A stretch of DNA of 63,187 nucleotides, counting the filler, from Nitrospinota bacterium (GTDB lineage: Bacteria > JAUXIQ01): the NCBI GenBank assembly GCA_030620925.1. It is 9 parts of 9 records of this genome, joined end to end, with 100 filler letters (N's around TTAATTAATTAA, not from the genome) between each part and the next. Parts side by side here need not be neighbours in the genome. Positions count along the whole stretch, not along the records: positions 36,712 to 46,988 come from JAUXIQ010000036.1; positions 47,089 to 55,985 come from JAUXIQ010000059.1; 7 more parts are not named here. One strand, given 5' to 3'. Every line of letters begins with the position of its first letter. Position 1 is the first letter of the stretch. The notes below the pieces were generated by a model. It was not told the origin of the DNA. It worked only from the letters and a program-made list of their open reading frames with translations, and searched no databases. This document shows positions 39,414 to 50,373 of this stretch, one piece after another. Position numbers and translations under genes: made by a program.

Positions 39414-39719
39414 ATGCCGAGGTTTGAAACGGTGGAAATGGAGGAACTGAAAAAGACCATAGGAGTTTCTCCGCAAAGAATGAAAAAACTGGAAGAATAT
39501 ATGGTTTATATTTCCAGGCTATCTCCGGATGTAGGTTGCAAAGTAATATGCGACAAAGGAGAGAATATTAACACCATAAGAAATAATCTCAAAAAAGCCG
39601 CCCTGATTGCGGGGAAGAACATAAGCACCAGACGGTCTGGTAATGTAATAGCAGTATATTTAGCTCAAGGGAAACGCAGAGGTCGGAAGCGAGGCAGGAA
39701 AAAAACGACAACGACCTAG
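39414..39719 (+). CDS. Small basic hypothetical protein with Arg/Lys-rich tail (putative DNA-binding)
   Basis: Strong RBS, promoter and downstream hairpin; C-terminus GKRRGRKRGRKK. Confidence 0.8.
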   Translation: MPRFETVEMEELKKTIGVSPQRMKKLEEYMVYISRLSPDVGCKVICDKGENINTIRNNLKKAALIAGKNISTRRSGNVIAVYLAQGKRRGRKRGRKKTTTT

Positions 39720-39860
39720 ATGGGTCGTGGTACCCCAAGGGGTAAAGAGGGTCTATTTTCCTCTTTTTTCAGTATGTGCCTCAAATGAAATCGCATTCGC
39801 GTTGAAGACGGTCAGGTTCGGCCTTGAGCCGAAGTGTATTCGTCGTTTTTTTGGTGGTGT

Positions 39861-39899
39861 TCCCCCGCGCCCTATAATTGAGGGCGGGGGATTTTTTTT
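39861..39899 (+). terminator. Intrinsic terminator
   Basis: TCCCCCGC(GC)CCT / AGGGCGGGGGA stem followed by T8. Confidence 0.65.
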
Positions 39900-40261
39900 G
39901 AGGGCGGATGCTAGTTTTTCTTTACAAAAACATCATACTCCTCAGTGAGATGCGGCATATATTTAAAGAAGGTTCATCTTCGGCGTGATGTCAGGAAGAA
40001 GTCTCGTCATGATAGTCGAATGGAGCGCCCGGGCACCATTCCCCGGGGAGAAGTGGAGCCGGGAGGTATAGGCATTAGCAGCAGGTGGCGGATGCGGGTG
40101 TGTATAGCAAAGAAATTGATAAAATCATGCTCACATCCTATATTTAAATTGAGATAATAGCGGGGGATCATGCAAAACAAAGGGTTTTTTTTCAAATACA
40201 TTCTAAGAGGGGGGAGCGCGGATGACGCAGGAGCTTTCCCGGTTCAGCGAGAGGGCTTGAG

Positions 40262-42070
40262 ATGAAAGGAAAAGCCCCTTTTTCTATATGGTACCTGCTC
40301 ATAGCTTTCATGGTTATGATCATCCTGCAGAATTATATTGCGACCCCTCCCATCGTGAAGCTCTCCTACAGCGACTTCAAAACACAGCTCAGTGAGGGAA
40401 AAATTGAAAAAGTAGTCATCGATTCCAAGATGATAAAGGGCTTTTATTATAGTGATGAAGAGGAGCCGGTACGTTTTTCCACAGTCCGCGTGGAAGACCC
40501 CTCCCTGGTCGAACAGCTCGAGGAAAAGAACGTAAACTATTCGGGACAGTACGAGAGCCCCTTGCTCAGAGGGGTTCTGGGATGGGTGGTCCCCCTCGTA
40601 ATAATTTTTCTCATCTGGGGCGTGGTCTTCAAGCGGATGAACCCCGGAGCGGGGGTGATGACTTTCGGCCGCAGCAAGGCCAGGCTCTACGCCCAGGACA
40701 AGGAGAGGACGACTTTCGAGGATGTGGCCGGCGTAGAAGAGGCCACAGAAGAGCTCAAAGAAATAGTGGAATACCTGCGCACACCTGACAAGTTCAGGAA
40801 ACTGGGGGGGAAGATACCCAAGGGCGCATTGCTGGTGGGGCCCCCCGGGACCGGCAAGACCCTCCTGGCCAAGGCGGTGGCCGGTGAAGCGGGGGTCCCC
40901 TTTTTCAACATTAGCGGTTCTGAATTCGTAGAGATGTTCGTTGGCGTGGGGGCCGCCCGCGTGCGAGACCTTTTCCAGCAGGCCCAGCAGAAGGCCCCCT
41001 GCATAGTGTTCATAGACGAGCTGGACGCCCTGGGAAAAGCCAGGGGCATGAACCCCGTGGGCGGGCACGACGAGCGGGAGCAGACCCTCAATCAGCTCCT
41101 GGTTGAGATGGACGGCTTCGATACCGGAACCAACGTGATCATAATGGCCGCCACCAACCGCCCTGAGATACTGGACCCCGCCCTCCTGCGCCCGGGCAGG
41201 TTCGATCGGCAGGTTCTGGTGGACCGCCCGGACCTTAACGGCAGAGATGCCATACTGAGTATTCATGCCAGGCACGTGAAGCTCTCCCCGGAGGTGGACC
41301 TGAAAACAGTGGCCGCTCGGACCTCCGGTCTGGTGGGGGCCGACCTGGCCAATATCGTCAACGAGTCCGCCCTGCTGGCCGCCCGCAAGGGTAAGAACGA
41401 GGTGGGCATGCAGGATTTTGAGGAGGCCATAGACCGTATCCTGGCCGGCCTGGAGAAGAAAAACCGGGTCATGAACAGGCATGAGAAGGAGATCGTGGCC
41501 CATCATGAGTGCGGTCATGCCCTGATGGCTGAAATGCTCCCCACCACAGACCCCGTGCACAAGGTCTCCATCGTGCCCAGGGGGTTGGCGGCTTTGGGTT
41601 ATACCTTGCAACTCCCCACCGAGGACAGGTACCTCATGACTCAACAGGAGCTCATAGACAAGCTCTCAGTTCTCCTGGGCGGTCGCGCAGCCGAGGAGAT
41701 TATCTTCGAAGAGGTTTCCACGGGCGCGCAAAACGACCTCCAGCGGGCGACCGACATCGCCAGGAGGATGGTGACCGATTACGGTATGAGCAGCCTGGGC
41801 CCCATGAGCTTTGAGAAGGAGAAAAATCCCATTTTCCCCAACAACCCCTTCATGCGCAACGGGGGCTACAGCGAGCACACCGCTCAGGAAATCGATAAAG
41901 AGGTGAAGCGCATAATCGACGAGACTTACGAGCTGGTGAGTGCCAAGCTCGCCGAGAACAAGAGCGCACTGGTAAAGTTAGCTTCAGAGCTCATGGATAA
42001 AGAGACTATAGGAGGGGATCAACTGCGAGAAATACTCAAGGAATGCGGCATAGAAAAGCCTATTACCTGA
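40262..42070 (+). CDS. ftsH: ATP-dependent zinc metalloprotease FtsH
   Basis: Two hydrophobic segments, [46 protein letters not shown]. Confidence 0.98.
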   Translation: MKGKAPFSIWYLLIAFMVMIILQNYIATPPIVKLSYSDFKTQLSEGKIEKVVIDSKMIKGFYYSDEEEPVRFSTVRVEDPSLVEQLEEKNVNYSGQYESPLLRGVLGWVVPLVIIFLIWGVVFKRMNPGAGVMTFGRSKARLYAQDKERTTFEDVAGVEEATEELKEIVEYLRTPDKFRKLGGKIPKGALLVGPPGTGKTLLAKAVAGEAGVPFFNISGSEFVEMFVGVGAARVRDLFQQAQQKAPCIVFIDELDALGKARGMNPVGGHDEREQTLNQLLVEMDGFDTGTNVIIMAATNRPEILDPALLRPGRFDRQVLVDRPDLNGRDAILSIHARHVKLSPEVDLKTVAARTSGLVGADLANIVNESALLAARKGKNEVGMQDFEEAIDRILAGLEKKNRVMNRHEKEIVAHHECGHALMAEMLPTTDPVHKVSIVPRGLAALGYTLQLPTEDRYLMTQQELIDKLSVLLGGRAAEEIIFEEVSTGAQNDLQRATDIARRMVTDYGMSSLGPMSFEKEKNPIFPNNPFMRNGGYSEHTAQEIDKEVKRIIDETYELVSAKLAENKSALVKLASELMDKETIGGDQLREILKECGIEKPIT

Positions 42071-42293
42071 TAGGAGACGGTGTGCCCTCCGGACGGTTCG
42101 TAAATATCAGGTTGGCGGCACTGCATAGTATCGCATAATAAGTTGTAGACCGAAGCATGTCCCTTATCCCCCTGAATATCCCCTTTAAACGTTTTGTACC
42201 TATCCCGGTATATAAAGAGGGCAGGAACGCCCTCTATCGGTATGAAAACAAATATGAAAAAGCTTTTGCGGGAAGAGGGCTTAAGGAAGAGAT

Positions 42294-43682
42294 ATGAGAT
42301 ATTTTGTCATACTTAAGGATGATACGCTCCTCCAGATATTGGGCGACGAGTCTTTCCACCGGTTAAAGCCCCTTTTCCTGGCCGGTTCTCCGGGTTTGAA
42401 ACACAGTATATCCGATCGGGGGCACAGAGTTCGATACGGCGATATGACGGACCCCGGGATGTATCAGCCGCTGCATCTTTCAGCCGAAGATACAGTGGTG
42501 GTCCACATCACGGAATCAACCGTGCTGAGAAAAATCCTCAAGGTCCTTCACGCCGTTTCCCCGGAGACCTCCGTACTGGTTCTGGCAGGGCCGGAGGGAT
42601 TATCAGCGGATGAATACCCCTCCATGCGCTCCGTCACCCTGCCCAGCCTGTGCAGCGAGGGCCTGGTCATCGCGGTGGAGGACCTGCACAATCAGAAAAA
42701 GGTGAACCGCATAAAGAATATCCTGGAAGACGCTGACAAGGTGGTAATTCTCATGCAGAACGACCCCGACCCGGACTCCATCGCCAGCGGACTGGCGCTG
42801 AGGACCCTCCTCGGCCGAAACAGAGTCACCGCCCCTCTGACCTCTCTGGGGAGGGTGGAGCGACCCGAAAACCTGGCCATGATAAAGCTGCTGGAAATAG
42901 AGGTTGAACCGTTCAGGGAGGAACTCCTCGAGGGGGGAAATAAGCTGGTCATGGTAGATGTCCAGCCACCCTATTTTCAAAGGGAATTCCCGCAGGTCGA
43001 AGTGCTTATAGATCATCACCCCCAGGTGGAAAAATATGATGCCGTGTTTCAGGATCTGAGAGTGCATTACGGCGCTACGTCCACCATAATGACCGAATAT
43101 CTGAGGGCTGAAAATACCAAACTGACCCATAAATTGGCCACCGCCCTACTCTACGGCATAAAGAGCGACACCCTGCTCCTGGAAAGGGAGACAGACCGCG
43201 CCGACGTCGCCGCCTATACCTACCTCTACCCCCACGCCAATCATAACCTCGTCCGCAGGATAGAGCACCCTGAGTTGCCCCAGGAAGGGCTCGATCCCCT
43301 CGCCGAAGCGCTCAAAAACAGAATTATTAGGGATAGAGTCCTTTTCTCTCACATTCAGCGCTGCGCCCGGGAAGACCTGATCCCCCAGTTCGCGGATTTC
43401 TGCCTACAGGTGGAAGGTGTGGAATGGGCCGTGGTCTCCGGCCTGGTTGATGATGAGCTCGTGATCAGCGTTCGGAACGTGGGCTACATCAGGAGCGCGG
43501 GGGAGGTGGTCAAAGAAGCCTTCGGCAAGCTCGGCAGCGCCGGGGGGCACCGGTCAATGGCCAAGGCCGTAGTACCGCTTAAGAACATCGATAAGGAAGT
43601 GGATACCTCAAACCCCATCGACCTGCAAGAGTACATCGCCCGCCTTTTCTTAGATTCCCTGAATAAACACCATATGAGATAA
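42294..43682 (+). CDS. DHH/DHHA1 family phosphoesterase with N-terminal RCK/TrkA-N-like extension
   Basis: DPDPDSIASG, VMVD, IDHH, GIKSDT, ISVR, SAGGH; N-terminal VRYGDMTDP. Confidence 0.85.
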   Translation: MRYFVILKDDTLLQILGDESFHRLKPLFLAGSPGLKHSISDRGHRVRYGDMTDPGMYQPLHLSAEDTVVVHITESTVLRKILKVLHAVSPETSVLVLAGPEGLSADEYPSMRSVTLPSLCSEGLVIAVEDLHNQKKVNRIKNILEDADKVVILMQNDPDPDSIASGLALRTLLGRNRVTAPLTSLGRVERPENLAMIKLLEIEVEPFREELLEGGNKLVMVDVQPPYFQREFPQVEVLIDHHPQVEKYDAVFQDLRVHYGATSTIMTEYLRAENTKLTHKLATALLYGIKSDTLLLERETDRADVAAYTYLYPHANHNLVRRIEHPELPQEGLDPLAEALKNRIIRDRVLFSHIQRCAREDLIPQFADFCLQVEGVEWAVVSGLVDDELVISVRNVGYIRSAGEVVKEAFGKLGSAGGHRSMAKAVVPLKNIDKEVDTSNPIDLQEYIARLFLDSLNKHHMR

Positions 43683-43698
43683 GACTATTTCATATAAC

Positions 43699-43727
43699 TT
43701 GACAATAAGAGACTAATATTATATATT
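43699..43727 (+). promoter_or_regulatory. Sigma70-type promoter of hsp20
   Basis: TTGACA-17 nt-TATATT. Confidence 0.6.
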
Positions 43728-43859
43728 GAGTGTAGATTATAAACGCCGCGGTTTGCTTAATTGTTGTATATCTTTACGATTTCTCTGTCGGTTTGACCGT
43801 GGTAGGGTGTCTCGGAATCGAGGACTTTTGGGCTTTTATTTAAAGGGAGGCGAAAGACC

Positions 43860-44305
43860 ATGGCCTTGAAGAGATGGGAGCCTTTCAAGGACGTTATGAC
43901 CCTTCAGGAAAGGATGAACAGAGTTTTCAACGAATTTTTCTCCAGGCCCGTTATGGAGGAAGAGGGCCTGAGCCGTGGGGTCTGGTCCCCTGCGGTGGAC
44001 ATCTGCGAGACCGAGAACGAAATCATCCTTAAGGCGGAGCTGCCGGGCATGAAGCAGGAGGATATCCAGCTGGAAATAAGGGATAACGTTCTCGTTCTCA
44101 AGGGTGAGCGCAAAAGTGGGAGCGAGGTGGAGGAAGAGAGCTATCACAGGCTGGAACGTCCTTATGGCGCATTCCAGCGAACGTTTACTCTGCCCGGGGC
44201 CGTCCGGCATGAGGAAGTCCGGGCCAAATACAAAGATGGTCTGCTGGAAGTGGTCATACCAAGGTGGAAGAAACCAAACCCAAGCAGATAGAAATCAAGG
44301 GTTGA
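43860..44305 (+). CDS. Small heat-shock protein Hsp20 with a frameshift near the 3' end
   Basis: WSPAVDI, AELPG, LKGER, ERPYGAFQRTFTLP, AKYKDGLLEV. The annotated frame stops at 44291, but the canonical tail KVEETKPKQIEIKG* lies in the shifted frame 44261-44305. Confidence 0.9.
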
Positions 44306-44368
44306 CAGGATTGCGTATTCGATGGGTTTTAGACCTTTGAGTGGTATAGAGGGAGGAATATATTCTAT

Positions 44369-44430
44369 TCGCGCCTGGAAGGCGCTGCTACAACCTCTGC
44401 AAAGGCGTAGGAGCGGCATCTTGCCGCGAT
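44369..44430. repeat. Pair of REP-like palindromes between hsp20 and clpB
   Basis: Minus-strand GTAGCAGCGCCTTCCAGGCGCGA (cf. 9987-10009) and plus-strand GTAGGAGCGGCATCTTGCCGCGA (cf. 9487-9509, 9921-9943, 59034-59056). Confidence 0.85.
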
Positions 44431-44506
44431 CGGGAAAATCGGCGAGTGTCTTTAAACGAGTGAGTTCGTAACGGTATATTTTAGGATAAAGGGAGAACAA
44501 AGTTAA

Positions 44507-46988
44507 ATGAGATTGGATAAATTCACCATAAAAGCACAGGAAGCCCTGCAGGAGGCACAATCCATAGCGGACGGCCGGGGCCAGCAGGCGGTGGATATCG
44601 AGCACCTGCTGGCTGCGTTGTTGAAGCAGGAGGACGGAGTCGTCAGGCCGCTTCTCCAACGTCTCGGTGTCTCCGTTGACGGTCTGCTGCACAGCGTTGA
44701 GGAGAGCCTGAGCCGGAAGCCGAGCGTGAGCAGCGGCGGAGACGGTTTTTACATAACCCCGCAGCTTAAGAAGGTTCTGGACGATGCCCTGAATGAAGCT
44801 CAGCAGCTCAAGGACGATTACGTCAGCACCGAGCACCTGCTCATGGTTATGACCGGTGCGGAAGGAAGCGAGGCGGCGACGGCTTTAAGAGAAGCGGGGG
44901 TTTCCAGGGATCAGATTCTCAAGGCGCTGGTAGACATAAGGGGCACACAGCGTGTCACCGACCCCAACCCCGAAGAAAAATATCAGGCGCTCCAGCGCTA
45001 CGCCCGAGATCTCACGGATATGGCCCGCGGGGGAAAGCTGGACCCGGTCATCGGGCGGGACGAAGAGGCCCGGAGGCTGGTCCAGGTGCTCTCCCGCCGC
45101 ACCAAGAACAATCCGGTGCTCATCGGCGAGCCGGGCGTGGGTAAGACCGCCATAGTGGAAGGCCTGGCACAACGCATCGTGAACGGAGACGTGCCCGAGG
45201 GTCTGAAAGACAAGCGGCTGGTCGCCCTGGACATGGGGGCCCTGGTGGCGGGCACCAAGTATCGCGGCGAATTCGAAGACCGCCTGAAGGCGGTCATCAA
45301 GGAGATAGCGGAGGCTGAGGGGCAGGTCGTGCTGTTCATCGATGAGCTGCACACCATAGTGGGCGCGGGAGCCGCCGAGGGGGCCATAGACGCCTCCAAC
45401 CTGCTCAAACCCGCCCTGGCCAGGGGCGAGCTGCGCTGCATCGGGGCCACCACCCTCGACGAGTATCGCAAGCATATAGAGAAAGACGCCGCACTGGAGC
45501 GGCGTTTCCAGCCGGTGCAGGTGGGGGAGCCCACGGAGGAGGACACCATCTCCATCCTGCGGGGACTCAAAGAGCGCTACGAAGTTCATCACGGTGTGCG
45601 CATAAAGGACTCAGCCATAGTCGCCGCCGCCACCCTTTCCCACAGGTATATCAACGATCGCTTCCTGCCCGATAAGGCCATAGACCTCATAGACGAAGCC
45701 GCATCGCATCTGCGGATAGAGATAGACAGCGTGCCCACAGAGATAGACGCCGTTAACAGGAAGGTCATGCAGCTAGAGATCGAGCGCCAGGCCCTCACCA
45801 AGGAGAAGGACAGCGCCTCTCGCGAGCGCCTGGAGCGCATCGAAAAAGAGCTTGCCGACCTGAAGGAGACAGACGGGCAGCTAAGGGCCCGCTGGGAAAA
45901 CGAAAAAGGGATAATCAAGCGCATCCGTGACGTCAAGGGACGCATAGAAGAGGCCCGGGCGGCCGGAGAAGACGCCCAGAGGAGCGGAGACCTGGAGAGG
46001 GCGGCGGAGATCAGGTACGGAACACTCATCCGCCTGGAGCAGGAGCTGGAGGAAGCGAATGTCGAAATGGCGGAAATCCAGTCCTCCTCACCAATGCTCA
46101 AAGAGGAAGTGGATGAGGAAGACATTGCCGAGGTGGTCTCCAAGTGGACTGGTATACCCGTCTCCAGGATGATGGAGGGGGAGATAGAGAAACTGCTGCG
46201 CATGGAGACGCTTCTCAGGAAGCGCGTCGTGGGGCAGGACGAAGCCATCAAGTCCGTCTCAAATGCTCTCAGGCGGGCCAGGGCCCGTCTACAGGACCCC
46301 AATCGGCCCATCGGCTCCTTCATCTTCCTGGGTCCCACAGGCGTGGGTAAGACGGAGCTGGCCAAGGCGCTGGCGGAGTTCATGTTCGACGACGAAGGGG
46401 CCATGGTGCGCGTCGACATGTCGGAATATATGGAGAAACACACCGTTTCCAGGCTGGTGGGCGCTCCCCCCGGCTACGTGGGCTACGAGGAGGGCGGATA
46501 CCTCACCGAGGCCGTGCGCAGGCGGCCCTACACGGTGATCCTGCTGGACGAGACGGAGAAGGCCCATCAGGACGTGTTTAATATACTGCTCCAGATAATG
46601 GACGACGGCCGACTTACCGATGGGCACGGCCGGACGGTGGATTTCAAGAACACCATACTCATCATGACCTCCAACACGGGCAGCCAGTATATTCAGGACC
46701 TGGGCGAGGGCGATTATCAGGAGATGGAGTCGCGGGTCATGGAATCTCTGAAAGCTCAATTCCGGCCGGAGTTCCTCAACAGGGTGGACGACACCATCAT
46801 ATTTCACCGCCTGAGCAGGGAAAACCTCCTCCACATATTGGATATTCAGGTGGAGCGCCTTAAAGGGCGGCTGGCGGAAAGCAAGATGGGTGTGAGCCTC
46901 ACTGAGGCCGCAAAAGACCTGCTGATAGAGGCGGGATACGACCCCGTCTACGGGGCCAGGCCGCTCAAGAGGGCCATCCAGCGGCGCA
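44507..46988 (+). CDS. clpB: Chaperone ClpB, 3' truncated at linker
   Basis: Clp N repeats, [16 protein letters not shown]-domain coiled coil, [32 protein letters not shown]. Confidence 0.98.
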
Positions 46989-47088
46989 NNNNNNNNNNNN
47001 NNNNNNNNNNNNNNNNNNNNNNNNNNNNNNNNTTAATTAATTAANNNNNNNNNNNNNNNNNNNNNNNNNNNNNNNNNNNNNNNNNNNN

Positions 47089-47202
47089 AACCTCGAGGTA
47101 TCGCTGATAACGCCCATCGCCATGGAGGAAGGTCTTCGCTTCGCCATACGAGAAGGCGGCCGCACGGTCGGTGCGGGGGTCATAAGCGAGATAATCGAGT
47201 AA
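47089..47202 (+). CDS. tuf: Elongation factor Tu, C-terminal end
   Basis: Manual translation [37 protein letters not shown]. Confidence 0.97.
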   Translation, partial: NLEVSLITPIAMEEGLRFAIREGGRTVGAGVISEIIE

Positions 47203-47307
47203 CCCCCAGCCGCTGAAGAGAAGCGCCTTCTATTTCAAGAATGAGGTAATGACCGGACGAGCAAATCGTTCTACGAATAGCTCTCCTGCAGTGAAGAGGA
47301 AAACCTG

Positions 47308-47457
47308 ATGGGTGACATAATCAGCATGGAATGCACCGAGTGCAGGGAAAGGAATTATTCCACGACCAAGAACAAGAAAATCCATCGCGATCGTCTGGAG
47401 TTGAAGAAATACTGCAGGAGGTGCAGGAGACATACTACGCATCGGGAGATCAAATAG
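47308..47457 (+). CDS. rpmG: 50S ribosomal protein L33 (zinc-binding form)
   Basis: Not in the ORF track. [49 protein letters not shown]. Confidence 0.97.
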   Translation: MGDIISMECTECRERNYSTTKNKKIHRDRLELKKYCRRCRRHTTHREIK

Positions 47458-47494
47458 GCCTTTTCCGCCATGTTATGGACGGTCTAGGGGGAGC

Positions 47495-47571
47495 AGGCCA
47501 GTAGCTCTAACGGCTAGAGCACCGGACTCCAAATCCGGGGGATGGGGGTTCGAATCCCTCCTGGCCTGCCA
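47495..47571 (+). tRNA. tRNA-Trp (CCA)
   Basis: Acceptor stem AGGCCAG/CTGGCCT, anticodon arm CCGGA-CTCCAAA-TCCGG, T loop GTTCGAATC, encoded 3' CCA; usual position before secE. Confidence 0.97.
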
Positions 47572-47605
47572 TAGTAAATCGTATAGTAAGTTTAAGGTTG
47601 GGTAG

Positions 47606-47791
47606 ATGTTCAAGAAAACAAGACAATTTCTCAGGGAAGTTAAAATAGAGATCAAGAAGGTCTCAACGCTCTCAAGAAAAGAGACCCTTGCCTCCACTCT
47701 GGTGGTTATCATAACCGTCGTTGTTATATCGATATTCTTGGGAATAGTTGATATAGGTTTGGGCAAAGCCATAGGCATCCTTTTACAGTAG
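47606..47791 (+). CDS. secE: Preprotein translocase subunit SecE
   Basis: FLREVKIEIKKV plus one transmembrane segment; between tRNA-Trp and nusG. Confidence 0.95.
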   Translation: MFKKTRQFLREVKIEIKKVSTLSRKETLASTLVVIITVVVISIFLGIVDIGLGKAIGILLQ

Positions 47792-47796
47792 GGAAA

Positions 47797-48369
47797 ATGG
47801 AAAGTAACGAAATAGACCAGTTGGCCATGGCCGGCGATAGCAATAAGAAATGGTATGTGATCCACACCTACTCGGGATATGAAGAACAGGTAAGGGTAAG
47901 CATCCAAGAGAGGCTCAAGGCTGAGAGCCTGCAGGATGACGTGGGAGAAATACTTATCCCCACCGAACAGGTTGTGGAGGTCAAAGGCGGTAAGAGAAGG
48001 GTATCGGCGCGCAAATTTTTCCCCGGATACCTGCTTATAGAGATGGAGATGAGCCGGGAGATATGGTATCTGGTGAAAAACACTCCCAAGGTTACAGGGT
48101 TTTTGGGGAGTGAAGAGGAGCCCTCTCCGCTTAAAGAGGAAGAGGTGGTGGCCCTTATGGAACAGGTTAAAGAACAACCGGACAAACCTAAACATAAAGT
48201 TTCTTTTGAAATGGGGGAGAAGGTTAGAGTATTGGAAGGCCCCTTCAGTAGCTTTTCAGGAGTGATAGGAGAGGTTAACGAAGAACGGGGAAAGCTCAGG
48301 GTGATGGTATCGATCTTTGGTCGGTCCACCCCGGTAGAGCTGGAATTTTTACAGGTAGAGAAAATCTAA
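47797..48369 (+). CDS. nusG: Transcription termination/antitermination factor NusG
   Basis: WYVIHTYSGYE, FFPGY, TPKVTGF, KOW GPF, IFGRSTPVEL. Confidence 0.98.
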   Translation: MESNEIDQLAMAGDSNKKWYVIHTYSGYEEQVRVSIQERLKAESLQDDVGEILIPTEQVVEVKGGKRRVSARKFFPGYLLIEMEMSREIWYLVKNTPKVTGFLGSEEEPSPLKEEEVVALMEQVKEQPDKPKHKVSFEMGEKVRVLEGPFSSFSGVIGEVNEERGKLRVMVSIFGRSTPVELEFLQVEKI

Positions 48370-48489
48370 AAACCACCATCCTGGGAAAAAGGCACTGAGG
48401 ATGGAAAGGAGTACTTTATATTTTTTTATCTTGAATGAGTTGTTGAAACATTAATAACCTTGATACGTTTTACAGGATAGAGGGGAAAG

Positions 48490-48921
48490 ATGGCAGGTAA
48501 AGAAATCAGGTCAAAAATAAAATTGCAGATACCGGCGGGGCAGGCAACGCCTTCTCCCCCCGTGGGCCCGGCTTTGGGCCAGCACGGCGTGAACATAATG
48601 GAATTTTGCAAGGCTTTTAATGAGAAGACAAAAGGGCAGGAGGGGTTGGTGATCCCTGTGGTGATTTCTGTTTATGTTGATCAGAGCTTCAACTTCATCA
48701 TCAAATCTCCGCCCGCTTCCGTTCTGATCAAGAGGGCGGCGGGATTAGCAAAAGGTTCATCAGACCCCAAGAGAGAGAAGGTGGCCGCCATTACCCGAAG
48801 CCAGGTGGAAGAGATAGCCAGGGAGAAGATGAAAGACCTCAACGCTGTGGACCTTGAGGGAGCGGTTAAAATTATTCAGGGAACGGCTCGCAGCATGGGC
48901 GTTGAGACGGAAGCGAACTAA
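48490..48921 (+). CDS. rplK: 50S ribosomal protein L11
   Basis: [34 protein letters not shown]. Confidence 0.99.
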   Translation: MAGKEIRSKIKLQIPAGQATPSPPVGPALGQHGVNIMEFCKAFNEKTKGQEGLVIPVVISVYVDQSFNFIIKSPPASVLIKRAAGLAKGSSDPKREKVAAITRSQVEEIAREKMKDLNAVDLEGAVKIIQGTARSMGVETEAN

Positions 48922-48953
48922 GATCAGGAGGCGCTGCCGCCGGGAGGGGAAGC

Positions 48954-49655
48954 ATGTCTTTGAGAGGAAAGAAATACGAGGAAGCCAGTAAAAGACTGGA
49001 AGAGGAGTTCTATCCCCTTGAAGAAGCGGTGAGGCTTTCAAAGGATATGGCTTACGCCAAGTTCGACGAGACGTTGGATATGGCCATCCGTCTGGGGGTC
49101 GACCCCAGGCACGCCGATCAGATGGTGCGGGGTAGCGTGGCGCTGCCCAGGGGCACGGGTAAAGAAGTTAAGGTAATGGCCTTCGCACAGGGTGAGAAGG
49201 TTCAGGAGGCCCGGGAAGCCGGTGCCGATCACGTGGGAACCGAGGAGTATGTGAAGAAAATCCAGGAGGGCTGGCTCGAGTTTGACAGAGCGGTGGCTAC
49301 TCCTGACGTCATGAGCATGGTGGGGCGTCTGGGGAAGGTACTCGGCCCCAGGGGGCTCATGCCCAACCCCAAAAGCGGCACAGTTTCTTTTGAAATTGGG
49401 AAGATTATAAAGGAGATAAAGTCGGGCAGTGTAGAGTTCAGGGTGGATCGCACCGGAATTGTCCATGTCCCCATAGGGAGAGTCAGCTTCGAGACCCCTC
49501 ATCTGGTGGAGAACGCCTGGACGCTGCTGGAAACCCTGCAGAGGCTTAAACCGGCTACCAGCAAAGGGCAGTACTGGAGGAGCATTACGGTGAGCTCCAC
49601 CATGGGGCCCGGGGTCAGGGTGGATAACCTGAAGGTAGCCGCCACACTGCGGTAG
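48954..49655 (+). CDS. rplA: 50S ribosomal protein L1
   Basis: AKFDET, LGVDPRHADQMVRG, LGPRGLMPNPK, SSTMGPG. Confidence 0.99.
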   Translation: MSLRGKKYEEASKRLEEEFYPLEEAVRLSKDMAYAKFDETLDMAIRLGVDPRHADQMVRGSVALPRGTGKEVKVMAFAQGEKVQEAREAGADHVGTEEYVKKIQEGWLEFDRAVATPDVMSMVGRLGKVLGPRGLMPNPKSGTVSFEIGKIIKEIKSGSVEFRVDRTGIVHVPIGRVSFETPHLVENAWTLLETLQRLKPATSKGQYWRSITVSSTMGPGVRVDNLKVAATLR

Positions 49656-49708
49656 CTTTTATTTCTCGATAGTGGAATTAAGAGTCGTTGGATTCGGGGA
49701 GTAGTACG

Positions 49709-50230
49709 TTGGTCGATCAAAAGAAAATAGCTAAAACGGAGGAGCTCAAGGAAAAATTCTCCAGCGTGAAGGCGGCCGTGTTCGCCGATTTCAGGGGTCT
49801 GAACGTGCAGCGGATGACGGACCTGAGGGGTCGGCTCAGGGAGCGTTCCATAGAATACCTGGTGGTCAAAAACAACCTGGCCAGGCGGGCGGCGCCTGAG
49901 ACCCCCTTCGAAGCGGTGGGCGAAATGTTTAACGGTCCGGTTTCCATAGCTTTCAGCTACGACGACCAATTGGCCGCGGCGCAGATCATGACTTCTTTCG
50001 CCAAAGAAGAGCCCGCTCTCAAGATAACCGGCGGCCTCCTGGACGGAAAAGCCATCACCAGTGTAGAAGTGGAGATGTTGGCCAGGCTGCCTTCCAGAGA
50101 GGTGCTTATTTCTAGAGCCCTTGCGGGAATGCAATCTCCTTTGGGGGGTATGGTTAACGTGCTGTGCGGTGTTTTGAGGAACTTCATGTACACCCTCAAA
50201 GCCATAGAGGACAAGAAATCCAAGGATTGA
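49709..50230 (+). CDS. rplJ: 50S ribosomal protein L10
   Basis: DFRGLNV, VVKNNL, LARLPSRE. TTG start at 49709 follows GGGGAG (ORF track gives 49688). Confidence 0.97.
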   Translation: MVDQKKIAKTEELKEKFSSVKAAVFADFRGLNVQRMTDLRGRLRERSIEYLVVKNNLARRAAPETPFEAVGEMFNGPVSIAFSYDDQLAAAQIMTSFAKEEPALKITGGLLDGKAITSVEVEMLARLPSREVLISRALAGMQSPLGGMVNVLCGVLRNFMYTLKAIEDKKSKD

Positions 50231-50373
50231 TGCGAATCAATGGATGCGGGTGAGTCTAGGATATTGAGGTGTTGTCGCCCGGTATCTGGATATTAATAAA
50301 GTTTATTGTGAGCAACGGGGGTAAAAAGGGTACTGCATGGTGGTATAGGCCCTATCATTTATGGAGGTAGAGG

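Noticed and set aside
40244-41644. 466-aa ORF on the - strand
   Set aside because: Antisense shadow of ftsH.
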